A stretch of DNA of 63,976 bases, counting the filler, from Reclinomonas americana ATCC 50394 (taxonomy: Eukaryota): assembly GCA_048213135.1 (NCBI GenBank). It is 13 parts of 13 records of this genome, joined end to end, with 100 filler letters (N's around TTAATTAATTAA, not from the genome) between each part and the next. Parts side by side here need not be neighbours in the genome. Positions count along the whole stretch, not along the records: positions 9,783 to 31,588 come from AFZH01019408.1; 12 more parts are not named here. One strand, written 5' to 3'. Of this stretch, positions 12,801 through 26,100 are shown one piece after another. The notes under the pieces were generated by a model, which did no database searches, had not been told where the DNA came from, and was given only the letters and a program-made list of their open reading frames with translations. Every line of letters begins with the position of its first letter. Within the stretch, counting starts at the first letter, position 1. A program made the position numbers and the translations under genes.

Positions 12801-15039
12801 CTCCTCACCCCCTACTCGCCCCCTTTTCCAGTCGACGACGAACTCATCACCCCCGTCGTGATCGTAACGAGCCGCCGCCAGACCCTCCCCGAAGAAGTGC
12901 GCGACTCCCTCGAGTACGAGGCGGTGGTGGAGTGCGTACGCCTCGAAAACGTGGAGGACGACGACATTGTGCAACTCGTCAATCAGCGCCTCACCGACCA
13001 AGTGTCGCCGGAGGTGCGACGTCGCATTGTGCAGGCGCTGGAGCAAGGCCAGCACAGTGCACTCCGCGTCAGTGCGTGTCTCGGGTGAGTATTCCGTGTG
13101 CTTAAAAGCGTCGTTCATGTCACCTTCTTCTTCTTCTCCTTCTTTTCCACTGCTTCTTCTCCCTGTTCGCCCTCCTCTTCCTCCCTTCTCCATATACTCC
13201 CCACTCACTTCCCTCTTCGGCAGCTGGCTCCTCTCGAGTCCACTGGAGGAACTGTATGGCGCGCGACTCGAGGAGATGCTGGCGGGCATCGGCAACGACG
13301 CACTCGCACAACTGCTCGAGCGCAACGTGAAATCGCAGAGCGCGGCGGCCCGACGCCTGCTCGTCTTCATCACCGCCTGCAAGCAGCTGGGCCTGACCGT
13401 CACGCCCGCGCTGGTGCACGTGGCCACTGGCGTGCTGCGTGTGGTACCCGACTTTACCGACATGCAAGGGCGGTTGGAGGATGTGGAGGGCGCGGGCTCG
13501 CGGCTGTTGGAGATTGGCGAGTGTGCACGACGACTGCGACTGCATCAACTGGCTCAGGCGAGGCGGCAGCGCGCGCCCGACGTTATTGGCGCACAGCAGC
13601 GACTCGACGAGATGACGCCGGCGGAGGAGAGGGAGGTGCGCCGCCGCGTGGAGGACATTGTCAATGGTGGCGGTGCGCGGGAGACCACCATCAATCTGCG
13701 TGCGCTGTGCGACGCCAACCTGGTCAACATTGCTGCCTCGGCGAGCACCAACAGCGTGGCGCGAGTGTTGGCGGGCGAGGAGTTTGTGCGGCAGGTCGAT
13801 CTTGGCGTCGAGTACCGCGTGCACGACGAGATCTCGCACTGGCTCACGGAGGTGGCCGACGGCGGCCGCGATGCCGTGCAACGCACACAGCAGTACCTGG
13901 TGCGCCTGGCGTGCAGCGTGCTGCTGACCATCGACACGGAGAACGACACGGACACGATTCTGGTCGTGTCGCGCGACATTCTCGGTCTGCTGCAGACGGC
14001 GTGGACGCGCTTGTGCGACGACGATGCACTGCTGTGGATTGGCATTGGTCGGCACACCGAGGAGCTGCAGTGTGCGGCACTCGAGTGCATGGCGCGCCTA
14101 ATTGCCACGGTGCGAGTCGCGTCACTCGGCTTCAGCTCCGACAATGTGCCGCTGCTGATCTCGCGATTATCCGGTGAGCGAGATGAAGACGACGGCGACG
14201 GCGACGACCGGCTGCACATTCGGCGTCTGCGCTGCCTCGGATGGTTGTACCACCTGATTAGCTGCTGGGAGGATCGGGACGAGGCGTGGCAGCGCGCGTG
14301 GGACGCGAGTCAGCAGGCCGACTGGTGGGGCTCGCCGGCGTCGGTGGTGGAGACGATCGAGTCGATGCGCTGTTGGATGCGGAGGACGTTTTTCGCCGAC
14401 GACTGCGACTCCATGGCGGAGTGCCAGACGCTGCAGTGTGAGTTCCTCGGCGCCTCCCACCCCGACACGCTGTGGACGATGTTTTGGCGCGCCAAGGTCG
14501 ATGCGCGCGCCAAGAAATTCGACACGGCCGAGACGCTCCACCGCCAGTGCCTGGAGAAGCGGCGACGCGTGCTCGGCGACGAGCACGGCGACACACTGGT
14601 GTCGCTGAACGAGGTCGCACTGTGCATCGAGGATCAGGAGCGCTCCGAGGAGCGTGTGACGCTGGACCGCGAGTGCTTTGAGGTGCGCCGACGCGTGCTC
14701 GGCGATCGCCACCCCGAAACCCTCTTCTCGATGAACAACTTGGCGTTCTCGCTGTCGCGGCACGGCACCATTGAGGCGCTGTGCGAGGCCAGCGAGCTGT
14801 ACCGCGAGTGTCTGCAGGCGCGCCGCGAGACGCTGGGCGAGTGGCACGCCGAGTCGCAGACGACGTTTTTCAATTACATTCACTTTTTGAATGACCAGAC
14901 GGAGTATGGCGAGTCCGAGCGGTTGCTGGTGGAGGCGGTGACAAGGGCGCGGGCGCAGCTGGGGGAGGGGCATGAGGATACGCAAAAGGCGATGGCGTGG
15001 TTGAAGAGGTGTCAGATGAGGCATAAGGGGAAGGAGTGA
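8863..15039 (+). CDS. NLR-like protein: DZIP3-type HEPN domain - STAND (NB-ARC-like) P-loop NTPase - kinesin-light-chain-type TPR repeats (~1172 aa; exons 8863-8879, 8951-9232, 10303-10498, 10669-10870, 10929-10972, 11795-12116, 12182-12345, 12524-12746, 12832-13084, 13224-15039)
   Basis: All ten exons join in phase with GT-AG ends. HEPN-like motifs: CLMRLLKAMLGPCTRALQ, FDATLCCSILL, IERLRELRNKIVH. Walker A VVTGAGGSGKS, Walker B LLLLDNV, sensor-1 IVTSR, MHD-like RVHDEI. Five ~42-aa repeats of the RRRVLGDEHxDTL type. An assembly gap lies in intron 2. Confidence 0.8.
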
Positions 15040-15962
15040 AAAAAGGGAAAGGGGGCAGAAGGGGGCAGAGAAGGGAAAGGGAAAGGGGGCAGAAGAAGGG
15101 GGGCAGAGAAGGGAAAGGGTGAGGTGTAGAAGTAGAGTAAATTGCGGGTGTTTGAGAGAGAGAGGGAAGGGGGGAGGGGGATGTGGGGAGAGGGAGAGAG
15201 AGCGAGGGGCGAGTCTTGGAGTCACTTGTCGGCGCTGGCTGCAAGTCGACTTTCGGCATCAACAATTCATTCACCAACATACAACAAGCAGCAGCTGTCT
15301 TGATGACCAAGTTCAACCGTATCCATAACATCAACACAGACACCAATCTTGAGGCAGCAGCAGGTTCCATGTGTGTGTGTGTTCGCTCTCGGAGCTCCGA
15401 ACAAGTCGAGAACTGCGATCTTCACCGCATAAGCGTGGTTGACCAGTGCATTTGACGCACTTGCATAGACGCATAGCGTTTTCTGCGATCGTACACGGCA
15501 CATCGAATTCGGGAAAAGGCCAGAGACAGGTAAACAAGCAAAGCCGGCGCCGGGTCCGGATCCGTGAAGCAGGCAAAGAAAAAACAGTGGTGGTGTCGCG
15601 GTCGTACGTTGGTGGCGTGGTTGAAACAGAAGAGAGCTTGTCATGTTGTTGGTGAGGCTCATATCGGTGGCGGCCTGAGCAGATTGTAGGGCGCAGTTGT
15701 TGTTGTTGTTTCATGATGCGATTTTCAAAGGAGAACGTCGACCATCTCAGTTTTCGGTGCCCACTCAGGAGAGTGAGTATCACACACTTATGGATCACTT
15801 TGAATTAGCAAAAGTTGCTTCCAGTATCGCCTTCGAGATCCACAAATCAGCGACTTGTCCTCATTGCGTCCCACTATTGATTCGGACCCGCACTCCGAGA
15901 TCGGAATCTCTGCATCCTCTCACTTTCTCACTCCCTTTTCCTCCCTCTCACTTTCTCTTACA

Positions 15963-18900
15963 ATGCCTCTTGCTTCGTGGATCGATTACGCGCCCGAATC
16001 ATGCGATTTCCCGCTGGAGAACGTGCCATTTGGTGTCTTCCGCTCACCGCGAACGGGAGAGCCGCATTGCGCAACAGCCATTGGTGAGAGAGAAAAGAGA
16101 GAGAGAGAGAGAAGAAGAAGAAAGAGAGAAGAGAGAGAGAGAGAAGAAAGAGAGACAAGTTCAATGAAAGAATAAGGTGTGAGAGAGTGTAAGAGCATGC
16201 AGTCACTCACTCTCTCACAGCACACGCTCTCACATTCTCTTCTGTGTATGTGTGCAAGAGTGAGACTGTGAGAGAGAAATAGCATATATATATATCTCTC
16301 TCTCTCTATCTCTCTCCTCTCTTCTCTGTGGGAGGGAGAGAGAGCAAGAGCGCTCACTTACTTGTACATACTCACACTCTCTTGCAAGTGTGTGTCACTC
16401 ACTGTCTCACACTTGCACACTCGCACTCTAACTTTCTCTTGTGTGCAAGTGTGTGCATGAGAGTGTGCATGGATGTGAGAGAGAGAATACAGAGATTCTG
16501 TGTCTGTGTGTGCGTGCAACAGTGTGAGAATGCACTCTCCCACACAATCACTCTCTTTCTCTCCTTGTGTCTGTGGCAAAGTGTGACATGTCCACCCTCA
16601 CTCTCTCTTTTTTCCGATGCGTTCTTCGCCCTTATTTTCTTTCTTTTTGCAGGCAACTTTGTGATTGATTTGCGTGTTCTTGCCGAGGCCGATTTGATTC
16701 CGAATCCCGACGGATGTTTCTTCAAGGTTTGTGTGTGTTTTTCTTGCAAGTCATCGCTCTCTCTTTGATCGTGAGAGTGCACTCCTTTGATGTTCCCCTT
16801 GCTCTTCCCTCTTGTCGTCGCCTCCCTCCGCCATTTTTCTCTCTCGCTCTTCGCCTTTATCTCTTGCCCATGTCTCTCGCCCTTGTCTCTCACTGTTTGT
16901 CATTTCTCTTTGTCTTCCCCTTGTCTTCCCCTTGTCTCTCACCCTTGTCTTCGTGTCCTTGTCTCTCACCCTTATCTCTCACTCTTGTCTCTCGCTCTTG
17001 TCTCTCGCTCTTGTCTCTCGCCCTTGTCTCTCACTCTTGTCTCTCACTCTTGTCTCTCGCCCTTGTCTCTCGCTCTTGTCTCTCGCCGTTGTCTCTCGCT
17101 CTTGTCTCTCGCTCTTGTCTCTCGCTCTTGTCTCTCGCCGTTGTCTCTCGCCCTTGTCTCTCGCCCTTGTCTCTCGCTCTTGTCTCTCGCCCTTGTCTCT
17201 CGCCCTTGTCTCTCGCCCTTGTCTCTCGCCCTTGCCTCTCGCCCTTGCCTCTCGCCCTTGTCTCTCGTCCTTGTCTTCGCCTTGTCCCGCGCTCTTGTCC
17301 CGCGCTCTTGTCTCTCGCGCTTGTCTCTCGTGCTTGTCTCTTGCCCTTGTCTCTTGCCCTTGTCTCTCGCGCTTGTCTTTCGCCCTTGTCTCTCTCGCTC
17401 TTGTCTCTCGCCCTTGTCTCTCGCCCTTGTCTCTCGCCCTCGTCTCTTGCCCTCGTCTCTTGCCCTCGTCTCTTGCCCTCGTCTCTCGCCCTCGTCTCTC
17501 GCCCTTGTCTCTCGCCCTTGTCTCTCGCCCTTGTCCCTCGCCCTTGTCCCTCGCCCTTGTCCCTCGCCCTTGTCTCTCGCCCTTGTCTCTCGCCCTTGTC
17601 TCGCGCTCTTGTCTCGCGCTCTCTCGCCCTTGTCCCTCGCCCTTGTCCCTCGCCCTTGTCCCTCGCCCTTGTCTCTCGCCCTTGTCTCTCCCCCGTTCTC
17701 TCGCCCTTCTCTCTCGCCCTTCTCTCTCGCCCTTCTCTCTCGCCCTTCTCTCTCGCCCTTCTCTCTCGCCCTTCTCTCTCGCCCTTCTCTCTCGCCCTTC
17801 TCTCTCGCCCTTCTCTCTCACTCTTGTCTCTCGCCCTTGTCTCTCGCCCTTGTCTCTCGCTCTTGTCTCTCGCTCTTGTCTCTCGCCGTTGTCTCTCACT
17901 CTTGTCTCTCGCCCTTGTCTCTCGCTCTTGTCTCTCGCCCTTGTCTCTCGCCCTTCTCTCTCACTCTTGTCTCTCGCCCTTGTCTCTCGCCCTTGTCTCT
18001 CGCCCTTGTCTCTCGCCATTGTCTCTCGCGCTTGTCTCTCGCCCTTGTCTCTCGCTCTTGTCTCCCCTCTCACCCTTCTCCCTTCCCCCTTCTCCCTTCC
18101 CCCTTCTCCCTTCCCCCTTCTCCCTTCCCCCTTCTCCCTTCCCCCCTTCTCCCTTCCCCCCTTCTCCCTTCCCCCTTCTCCCTTCCCCCTTCCCCCTTCC
18201 CCTTACACCCTTCTCCCTTTCTTCCCCTTCTCCCCCCTCCTCACCACCCCTCCCTTCTCTACATAGCCCACGTTGAACCACTTCGCCTCTCTCGGCTACG
18301 ACGCCTGGAGCTCCGTGCGTTACCGCCTGCAGCGCCTCTTCTCCGCCGACGAGCCGGCACTGCGCGACGAGGGCGGCTTGCAGTCAACGGTGAGTGTCAC
18401 CTACTTCTCACCACGCTCCTCCTTTGCTTATCTCGTGATCAGTGCATGTACGAGATGGGCTCGGTGGAGATGCTGCTGCCGGTGGAGATTGGCGACTACA
18501 CCGATTTCTACGCCAGCAAGGAGCACGCCACTAACGTGGGCACGATGTTCCGCGGCGCCGCCAACGCCCTGATGCCCAACTGGTTTGTTACGAAAATTCG
18601 ATGCTGATCACCAGCCTTCTCATTCCCTTCTCCTTTTTGGCAGGACGTCGCTCCCGGTCGGCTACCACGGCCGCTCCAGCTCGGTGGTCGTGTCGGGCAC
18701 TGGCCTGCACCGCCCGCACGGCCAGCTGAAGCCGGTGGACGAGGAGCCGACGCAGTTTGGCCCGAGTCGCCTGCTTGATTTTGAGTTGGAAATGGCCACC
18801 ATTATCGGGCCGGGCAACGCGCTCGGCTCGCCCATCAAGTCCGCCGACGCGCGGAATCACGTGTTTGGCCTGGTGCTCATGAACGACTGGAGCGGTGCGT

Positions 18901-20420
18901 GACGTGTACTCTCACTTTTTGCTCTTCCCGCCGTGCTCACCCCTTTTTGTCGCACGCAGCTCGCGACATTCAAAAGTGGGAGTACGTGCCGCTCGGCCCG
19001 TTTGGCGGCAAGAACTTCGGCACCACCATCAGCCCGTGGATTGTGACCCTGGACGCGTTGGAGCCGTTCCGTGTGGCGGGCCCCGTGCAGGATCCGGAGC
19101 CTCTCGAGTATCTGCGCGAGTCGGAGCCGTCGACGTATGACATTAAGTTGTCGGTGGCGATTCAGGGTGCCAAGATGGAGGCGCCGCACTGCGTGTGCCA
19201 CTCCAATTTGCGGTATTTGTACTGGAGTGTGTTCCAGCAGGTGGTGCACCACACGGTAACGGTGAGTTGGGTGGTGTGGGAGAGAGAGGGGAAATTGATT
19301 GTAACTGGTGGATGTATGTGTGTCGGTTAGGGTTGCAACTTGCGTTCGGGTGATTTGCTGGGCACGGGCACGATCTCAGGACCGGTGAGTGGAGGTGGGA
19401 GGGAGAAGAGAATGAGGAGGGGGTGGAAGAAGAGGCGGAGAGCGCCAAAGTGCATGCAGAGGGAGACACAGAACCACATCAACAAGGACTCAAAGAGAAG
19501 AAAGAGGAAGCAAGGAGAGAAACATGGAAACAGGATAAGAATCGAGAGCGAGGGAAAAGAAAAAACAGAAAGAGAGAGAGAGAGAGAAAAGGCAGCATAG
19601 CGAAGCGAAATCTGAGACTCGAAAACAGGGAGATAACAGAAGGTGCTGTGGGAGTTGCGCAGAAATGCAGAGAGAGAGAGAGAGAGAGGGCGAGAAAGCG
19701 TGAGAGAGAACTCAGCAACATTAGGATGTAAAAGTGCCACGAGAGAGGAGATGCCAGAGTGAGAACCAGCACAGCGACATGAGGGAGCAGAGAGAGCAGG
19801 AGTCCTGAATGCGACGAGAAAAATGACGGAATGTGCGACGAGGCACCTCGACAGTACTCTGTTTTTTGTTCCGTGATTCTGCTCCAGTATTCTTGCTCCC
19901 TCGTTCCCGTTCTCCATCGGTTTTCTGCTGTCTCTCGATCTTATCTTGTTTCTCTGTTTCTCGTCTGACTTGCTCTCTTCATTCTCCTTCTCCTTGTTGT
20001 TCTTGTTCTCCATCTCTTCCTCCTCTTTGTCATCTTTTTCTTTTTTGTGATTCTGCTGCACTGTACTTCCCTTCTTCTTTCCGTCCCCTTTTCCATTTCC
20101 TCCCCTCCTTTCCTTCCCCTCACGTTCCTTCCCCTCCTTACCCCTTTCCCTCTTCAGACCGCCGAGGAATACGGCTCCATGCTTGAACTCAGCTGGCGCG
20201 GCACCAAACCCCTCCCCTTCCCCAACGGCGAGGAGCGCAAGTTCCTCCAAGTACTCCTCAGCTTCCCCCTTGCCCTTTCCCTTCCCTGTCTTCTCCGCTC
20301 ATCACCCATGCACAGGACGGCGACACCGTGTTCATCAACGGCTTCTGCCAAGGCGAAGGCTTCCGCGTCGGTTTCGGACCCTGCATCGGCCAGGTGCTGC
20401 CTGCGGTGCCCTACTTTTGA
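15963..20420 (+). CDS. FAH: Fumarylacetoacetase (~420 aa; exons 15963-16083, 16653-16726, 18267-18389, 18443-18582, 18644-18894, 18960-19261, 19331-19384, 20158-20250, 20316-20420)
   Basis: Motifs [92 protein letters not shown]. Phases are consistent throughout. Confidence 0.97.
16870..18065. repeat. 13-bp minisatellite (consensus CCCTTGTCTCTCG), roughly 90 degenerate units, in FAH intron 2
   Basis: The periodic unit is directly visible and produces the spurious long ORFs at 16714-18607. Confidence 0.95.
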
Positions 20421-21180
20421 ATCACACCCACAACCGAGTGATAAGTGAAGGGCGATTGAGTGAGTGATGGAAGTCGTTGCATTTTGTCATGCTCCTCTTG
20501 GTGTGCTGTTTTGCCAGGCACAGAGTAACGGTCCGCTGTATCTTGATTGGCGACGGGTGAGCGATTGCAGTGCCTTGCCTGTCTCTCTTTCTCACACACT
20601 CCTCTGTGGTGCCAGTGTGTGTGCCTGCCCTCTCCCATATTGTGTGTGAACTCTTGTGTGCCTCATGAATATTCTGTGTGTGTTCTCGATCTCCATGCCG
20701 GCCTCTCTCCCTTTGTTGACACTCGCTGCTTGAGAGTGTCTCTCTCTCTCCGCTTGCGCAAGTGCGTTGCTGGTGTGGTGTGAGGGGGGACGTGATTTTG
20801 CAAGCTGTTGTCTGCGGCTGTACTAGACACAATACCATTGTCGTGGTGTGTGCAGCAGTGCACGCCTCTTTTGCACTCTTTCTCCGTTGCTCTCTGTGGT
20901 CAGTGCGAGCGCGACTTTGTTTTCCATGCGTACGTGTTCAGTATGTTGCTCTCGTTTTCGAACATGATGTTGTTGCGCACTGTGATGATATTATTGTCGT
21001 GCTGCCTCACTTAGAATAACGACCTCAGTGTGTGTGAGTGTGTGTGAGGCAGGAAGGGGAGATGAGGATCATGACACGCATTGATGTGACCGTTGGATGG
21101 TCAACGTTTTCGCGCCAATGCATTCGGCCTTGTTTCCTCATCTGTTTTTCGTTCTCGCACGCAGGCATCACCATACAGCA

Positions 21181-23156
21181 ATGATGCGAGTGACCTCAGC
21201 GCTCTTTTTCATCTTCCTTGTTTGTTGGTTGTCGAGCACGCAAGGTGAGTGAACAAAAACTCTCTTCCTGCGCTGCCACGACACTCATCGACCGCGTGCC
21301 CTCCCTTTCAGCATGTCTTGCCCAGGAAGACTCCACCACTCCGCCGCACTTGTCTGTGACCTCTGCGCTAGTGATTAGTGTTGCGCCGAGCTTCATTCCG
21401 ACCTTCATCTCGTGCGCCCTGACGATGTCGGGCAACAATTTGACTGACGCTGGAACCATGCAACTGGTGCAAGGCGATTCGTGTGCTGGTTCCACAGTGT
21501 TCCCGCTGACTACCATATCGTCGTCATCCACATCAATTGTGGTGGCCACGGGTACAAATCTTTCTGTCGGGCAGTACACGTTTTGGTTCGTCACCCCTCG
21601 TTTGCGTGTGCCTTCTTGTTTATTTACCTGTGTCTCCAGTGTCATCTTGGATACCGCCACATCCACCTTCAGCGCACAGCAGACGATTACTACGAGTGCA
21701 TTCATTTGCCACCGAGTTTCCCCTCGCTGTGTGTATGTGTGTTCTCACTTGCTCCGCTGCCGGATACGCAGCCCCTGGCCCAAGTATTTCCAGTGTGCAG
21801 CCCCAGAGTGCCACAGCCGGAAACAGTAGCAACATCACGTTGTCGGGAACAAATCTGGGAGATTCTGGCTCGACGCGACTCGTGCAAGGAGCCAGCTGCA
21901 CCGGATCGGTCGTGTACAGCCTCAGCGTCGTATCGGCGTCGGCTTCGCTGATTGTAGTGGCCACAGGCACCAGTGTGCCTGCCGGAGAGTATTCTCTGTG
22001 GTGTGTCGTGTCCGCTGCGTGCTATCGTCGATCCACCCCGGTGTCTCTCAAATGCTCCAATGTCATGTCGCAGTATCCGGTACCATCCCGCCGCTGTAGG
22101 GTTTTCGAAGCTTAATGCTTTTACAATGGGTTCGTTACTCATTCTATCTGGTCTTGCTGTGCACTCTCTCAATCTCTCTCGCGCAGCTTCACCAGCCTCC
22201 TATTCGGCTGGAACGATTATTGCAGAGACAGCTGCATCACTAATTACCGTCTCGGGTGCCAGCGTGACCACGCTCGACGTGATCAAGTTGGTCGCCGGCT
22301 CCGGTTGCTCCGGTTCAACGTCCTACGCTCTGTCGCAGAACTCCTTCAGCAGCGCCTCAGGTGTCGGCACGTACGTCGCAGCCACCGATAATACGGTTGC
22401 GGCGGGGACGTATTCCGTATGGTTCGATGTGTGCTGGGCAAGCTGTGATGAGGTGTGTGCGGGCGCTCACTGTACTAGCACACAGCATCCAGTTCGGGGG
22501 CGTGGGCAGTTTCAGCCAGGTGCCTTCTGGTACCATCACGATTGGTGTGTGTATCAGTGAATTGTTGACGACGATCGTCACTTCTGATAGCCTTTTGTTT
22601 GACCAGCACCCTCGGCGGATTCGTACACGCCGTCTGCCATGATTGCGCTGACGGCCGGCAACCTCATCACCATCACGGGTCACGGCTTGACGAGTGGGGA
22701 CTCGGTTTCGCTGGTGCTGGGCTCGACATGCGGCGGCGCGTCCACGCCGATCGCGCTCTCGTCGAGTTCGTTTGGTGGCTCGGCTGGTGCACGTCAGTTG
22801 GTAGTCAGCACGCCTGCGGCTGTCGGCGTGGGACTGTTTTCGGTGTGGTGAGTATGTGCATCAGCGCGGCGATGCATGCGCGTAGAGCTCTAATGTTTTC
22901 GCTTCTGCGCAGCGTCAAGTTTGCTGTGAGTGGCACCACTGTCAAGGTCGGCAGCAACATCAGTGTGGGTGAGTCGTACTGCGAGTACCATTAATCTCTC
23001 TCTCTCTCTGTTATACACGTGCGCGCTGTGTCTCCGTCTCTCTGTCTCTGCTCCTGTTTCTCTGGGTTTCTGTCTCTCTGTCTCCCTGGGTCCTAATTCT
23101 CTCTGGCTTCAGATCTGTGCCACACTTTGTCTCTCGCGCATCAGTTTGTCTCTCTG

Positions 23157-23192
<36 letters not shown>

Positions 23193-26100
23193 CCTCTGGA
23201 TCACTTTCTCGCTGTGCGTGTGTGTGTGTGTGTGTCTCTCTCTCTCTGCCGTTTTCTCTAGCACTCACAATTTCTGTTTCCATGAGTGTCTGCCTTCCCG
23301 AGTTCTGTCTCTCTGGGCCTCTGCCTCTCTGGGTCACACGCTCTCTATCTCTCTCACTAAACTCTTTCAACATCCCTGTACACTGTTTCATATGGCTTCT
23401 GTTCTTTTGTGCTCTTCGCGACTTCTTGTTCGCAGCGTATTCCTTCCCTTATTCTCCTACTTCTGTCCCCTTACTTCCCATGTTTTTCCTCACTCTCCTT
23501 GCCCATATTCCCTTTCTCTATTCTCTTCCCCGTACGTCCCTCTCCAATCATCACCTCCACCTAAACGTCTTCCCTTCATACCCTTCCCCTCATACCCTTC
23601 CCCCATACCCCCTTTCCCCATCCTCCCCTTTTGCCTCCCTAGAGACCCCCCGCGAACTCCTGTCTACCCTCGGCATCCGCCGCGGCCTCGCCGGCCAGCA
23701 GGTCCTGCAGTCACTCCCGACCGCCACATTCACCCTGTCGAATCCGCTGTTTGGCGTGTTTTGGAGCGCCGCCTGCAAGGACGCCGCGCCGACCGTGATT
23801 CAGAGTGCCGTGGTGTCACCGTCGCTGCAGACGACGTTTGTGGATGCGTTTCTCACGTTCAACACCGTGGACGAGCTCAAGTCTGTCACGCGCTACTTGT
23901 GCGTCAAGGCCACGGCCACGAGTGCCTACACACCAGTCAGTGCCGTGTCCGTTTGTTGCGTCACTCGCTTTCCCGATTGCCGCCTGTCGATCGCGTCTCA
24001 TCGCTTCCCAACCAGTCGACGTGTTCGCCGTGAGCCCGCTGCAGCTGCCGCAGGGTCTCCGCGCACAGCCGCTGACCGTGCGCGGTGACAATTTCATCAG
24101 TGTGGCCAGCGGTGCTGTGGTCGGTGCGCACCCGCGTGCCCCCACGACCAGTGCCACTGCGTTCTTCCTGTCGTCGAGCAGCGCCTGCACGACGTCGGAC
24201 ACGCGCGACTCGCTGCTCACGTTCTCGTTCGTGCGCGACGACCTCCTGGTGTTTTCCGTGTCGACAGCGGCCAACATTGCAGAGTCCACTTGTGCACTGG
24301 ATCCCGCTGGCTCGTTCTACATTTGTGGTCGGTGAGTGTGCACCCATCGTCCGTCTTAATGTCCATGAGTGCCCTCACGCCACCACTACTTGCGCAGCTT
24401 CCAGGACGGCTCGTACATCCCACTCGGTGTGTCGTTTACGATTGCGGAGGCGACGGCGCCCGTCGTGGGCTACGTGACGCCGACTCGCTTCTCGCTCAAC
24501 GCACCGACGACACTGACGCTCTTCTCGGCGAATCGCGCGTTTACCAACTGCACGCGCTTCAAAGTCGTGCAGAAGAATGCCGACTGTAACAGTGGCTCGA
24601 CTCCTGGTGCGCGCGATCTCCCTGCAACAGCAGTATGCGACTCTTCATGACGCGTGCATGTGCAGGCTCCGTGTCGCTCGTCAACTACCAGGTGTTCAAG
24701 TTCGACGCATTCACGTGCCAGTCGCACTTTACCGGGTGCACTCATTATGCCGCGTCGTTGACGGTGTCGTCGGCGGTGGTGCTGCAATTGTGCGTTGCTA
24801 CGGCTCCCGGTGGTCCGTTTGTGCCTGTGGGTCGCGACACGCTGTCGTCGGGGATTCTGGTGCAGGCGTCGGCGGAGGTGGCGAATCAAGTGGGAAGTGT
24901 GGTGAGTGGTGGTAGGGGGGAAAGGGGAGCGGGAGGGGAAGGGGTGAGAGGGGAAAGGGGAGAGAAAGGGGAAGGGAAGGGTAAGGGAGGAGGGAGAAGG
25001 TCAAGGGAAGAGGAAGGGGAAGGGGAAGGGGCAAGGAGAAGCTGGATGAAGTAAGGAAGAGAGAAAGGGGAGAGAAAGGGAAGGGGAGGGCGAGTGAGTG
25101 AGGGAAGGAAAGAGCGAGGAGCTGAGGATGGGGAGTGAAAGAAGGAAAGGCAAACGAGAAGATGGAAGGGGTAAAGACGACGTGACGACTAAAGAGAGAA
25201 AGGAAGTGAGCAGAGAGAGAATGGATAAGAGGGGTGTGGAACAAGGAACTTGCGGAAGGTGGGGAAGGGAAGCAAGAAGATGGACGTGGAGGAAAGGGAT
25301 GGATGGCGAACTAGTGAGTAGTTGAATGGAAAGAAAGAATGAAAGATTGAAAGAAGGAACGAAAGAGAAGAGAAGAGGGACAGAGTGGAGAGTACGAGAG
25401 AGGGAGAATGGAAAGAAACATGGCAAAGGGAAGTTGACAAGGGAAACAGAGAATAGGAGGACGAGTTAGATAGAAGCTGAAGACGGAAAAGCAAGAATTC
25501 TAGAAGAAAGCAAGAAAGAAAGAGAGGAAGAGAGAGAGAGAGGAGCTGAAGACGGAAGCAGAGAGCGAGAAAGACAAGGGAGAGAGAGAACCGAAGGGAG
25601 AAGGGGATTTATTGCTCTCTTCCTCCCCTTCCCCCTCTCCCTTCTCCCTTCTCCCTTCTCCCTTCTCCCTTCTCCCTTGTCCCTCCCTCACCATCGCTCT
25701 TCCCCATTATGCGTAGATGCTCTCTGGAACCGGCGCCCGCGCTGCCACGATCGTTCACACATTCCCCACCGAGTTTCCGGGCGTTCCGCGCGTGCTTGTC
25801 GGACTCACGTCGCTGTCGAATGCACTTGCCACTCGCGACACCAATATCGCATGCTCGTACCCGCGGGTCTCCACCACGGCGCTAACTCTGCGTTGCACCG
25901 CCCTCGGTGATGCGGCGTTTGACACTGTGGTGACAAGTTGGGTTTTGCTTGATGCAACTGTGACGCGCAGTTTCATTTGATTTCAATTCCCGTGTGCAGA
26001 TTACATTGCCTTGCACGCCGACCATGGTGCCACATTCGTGCTCGATGGCCAGACGCCGCCGGTCGCTGGTCCTGGAGAGTGGAGGAGCGCCTCGCTGACG

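Noticed and set aside
15183..15800. Short ORFs between the NLR gene and FAH
   Set aside because: No recognisable motif or consistent exon chain on either strand.
16714..18607. Long ORFs of 364-606 aa in several frames
   Set aside because: They are translations of the stop-free 13-bp intronic minisatellite.
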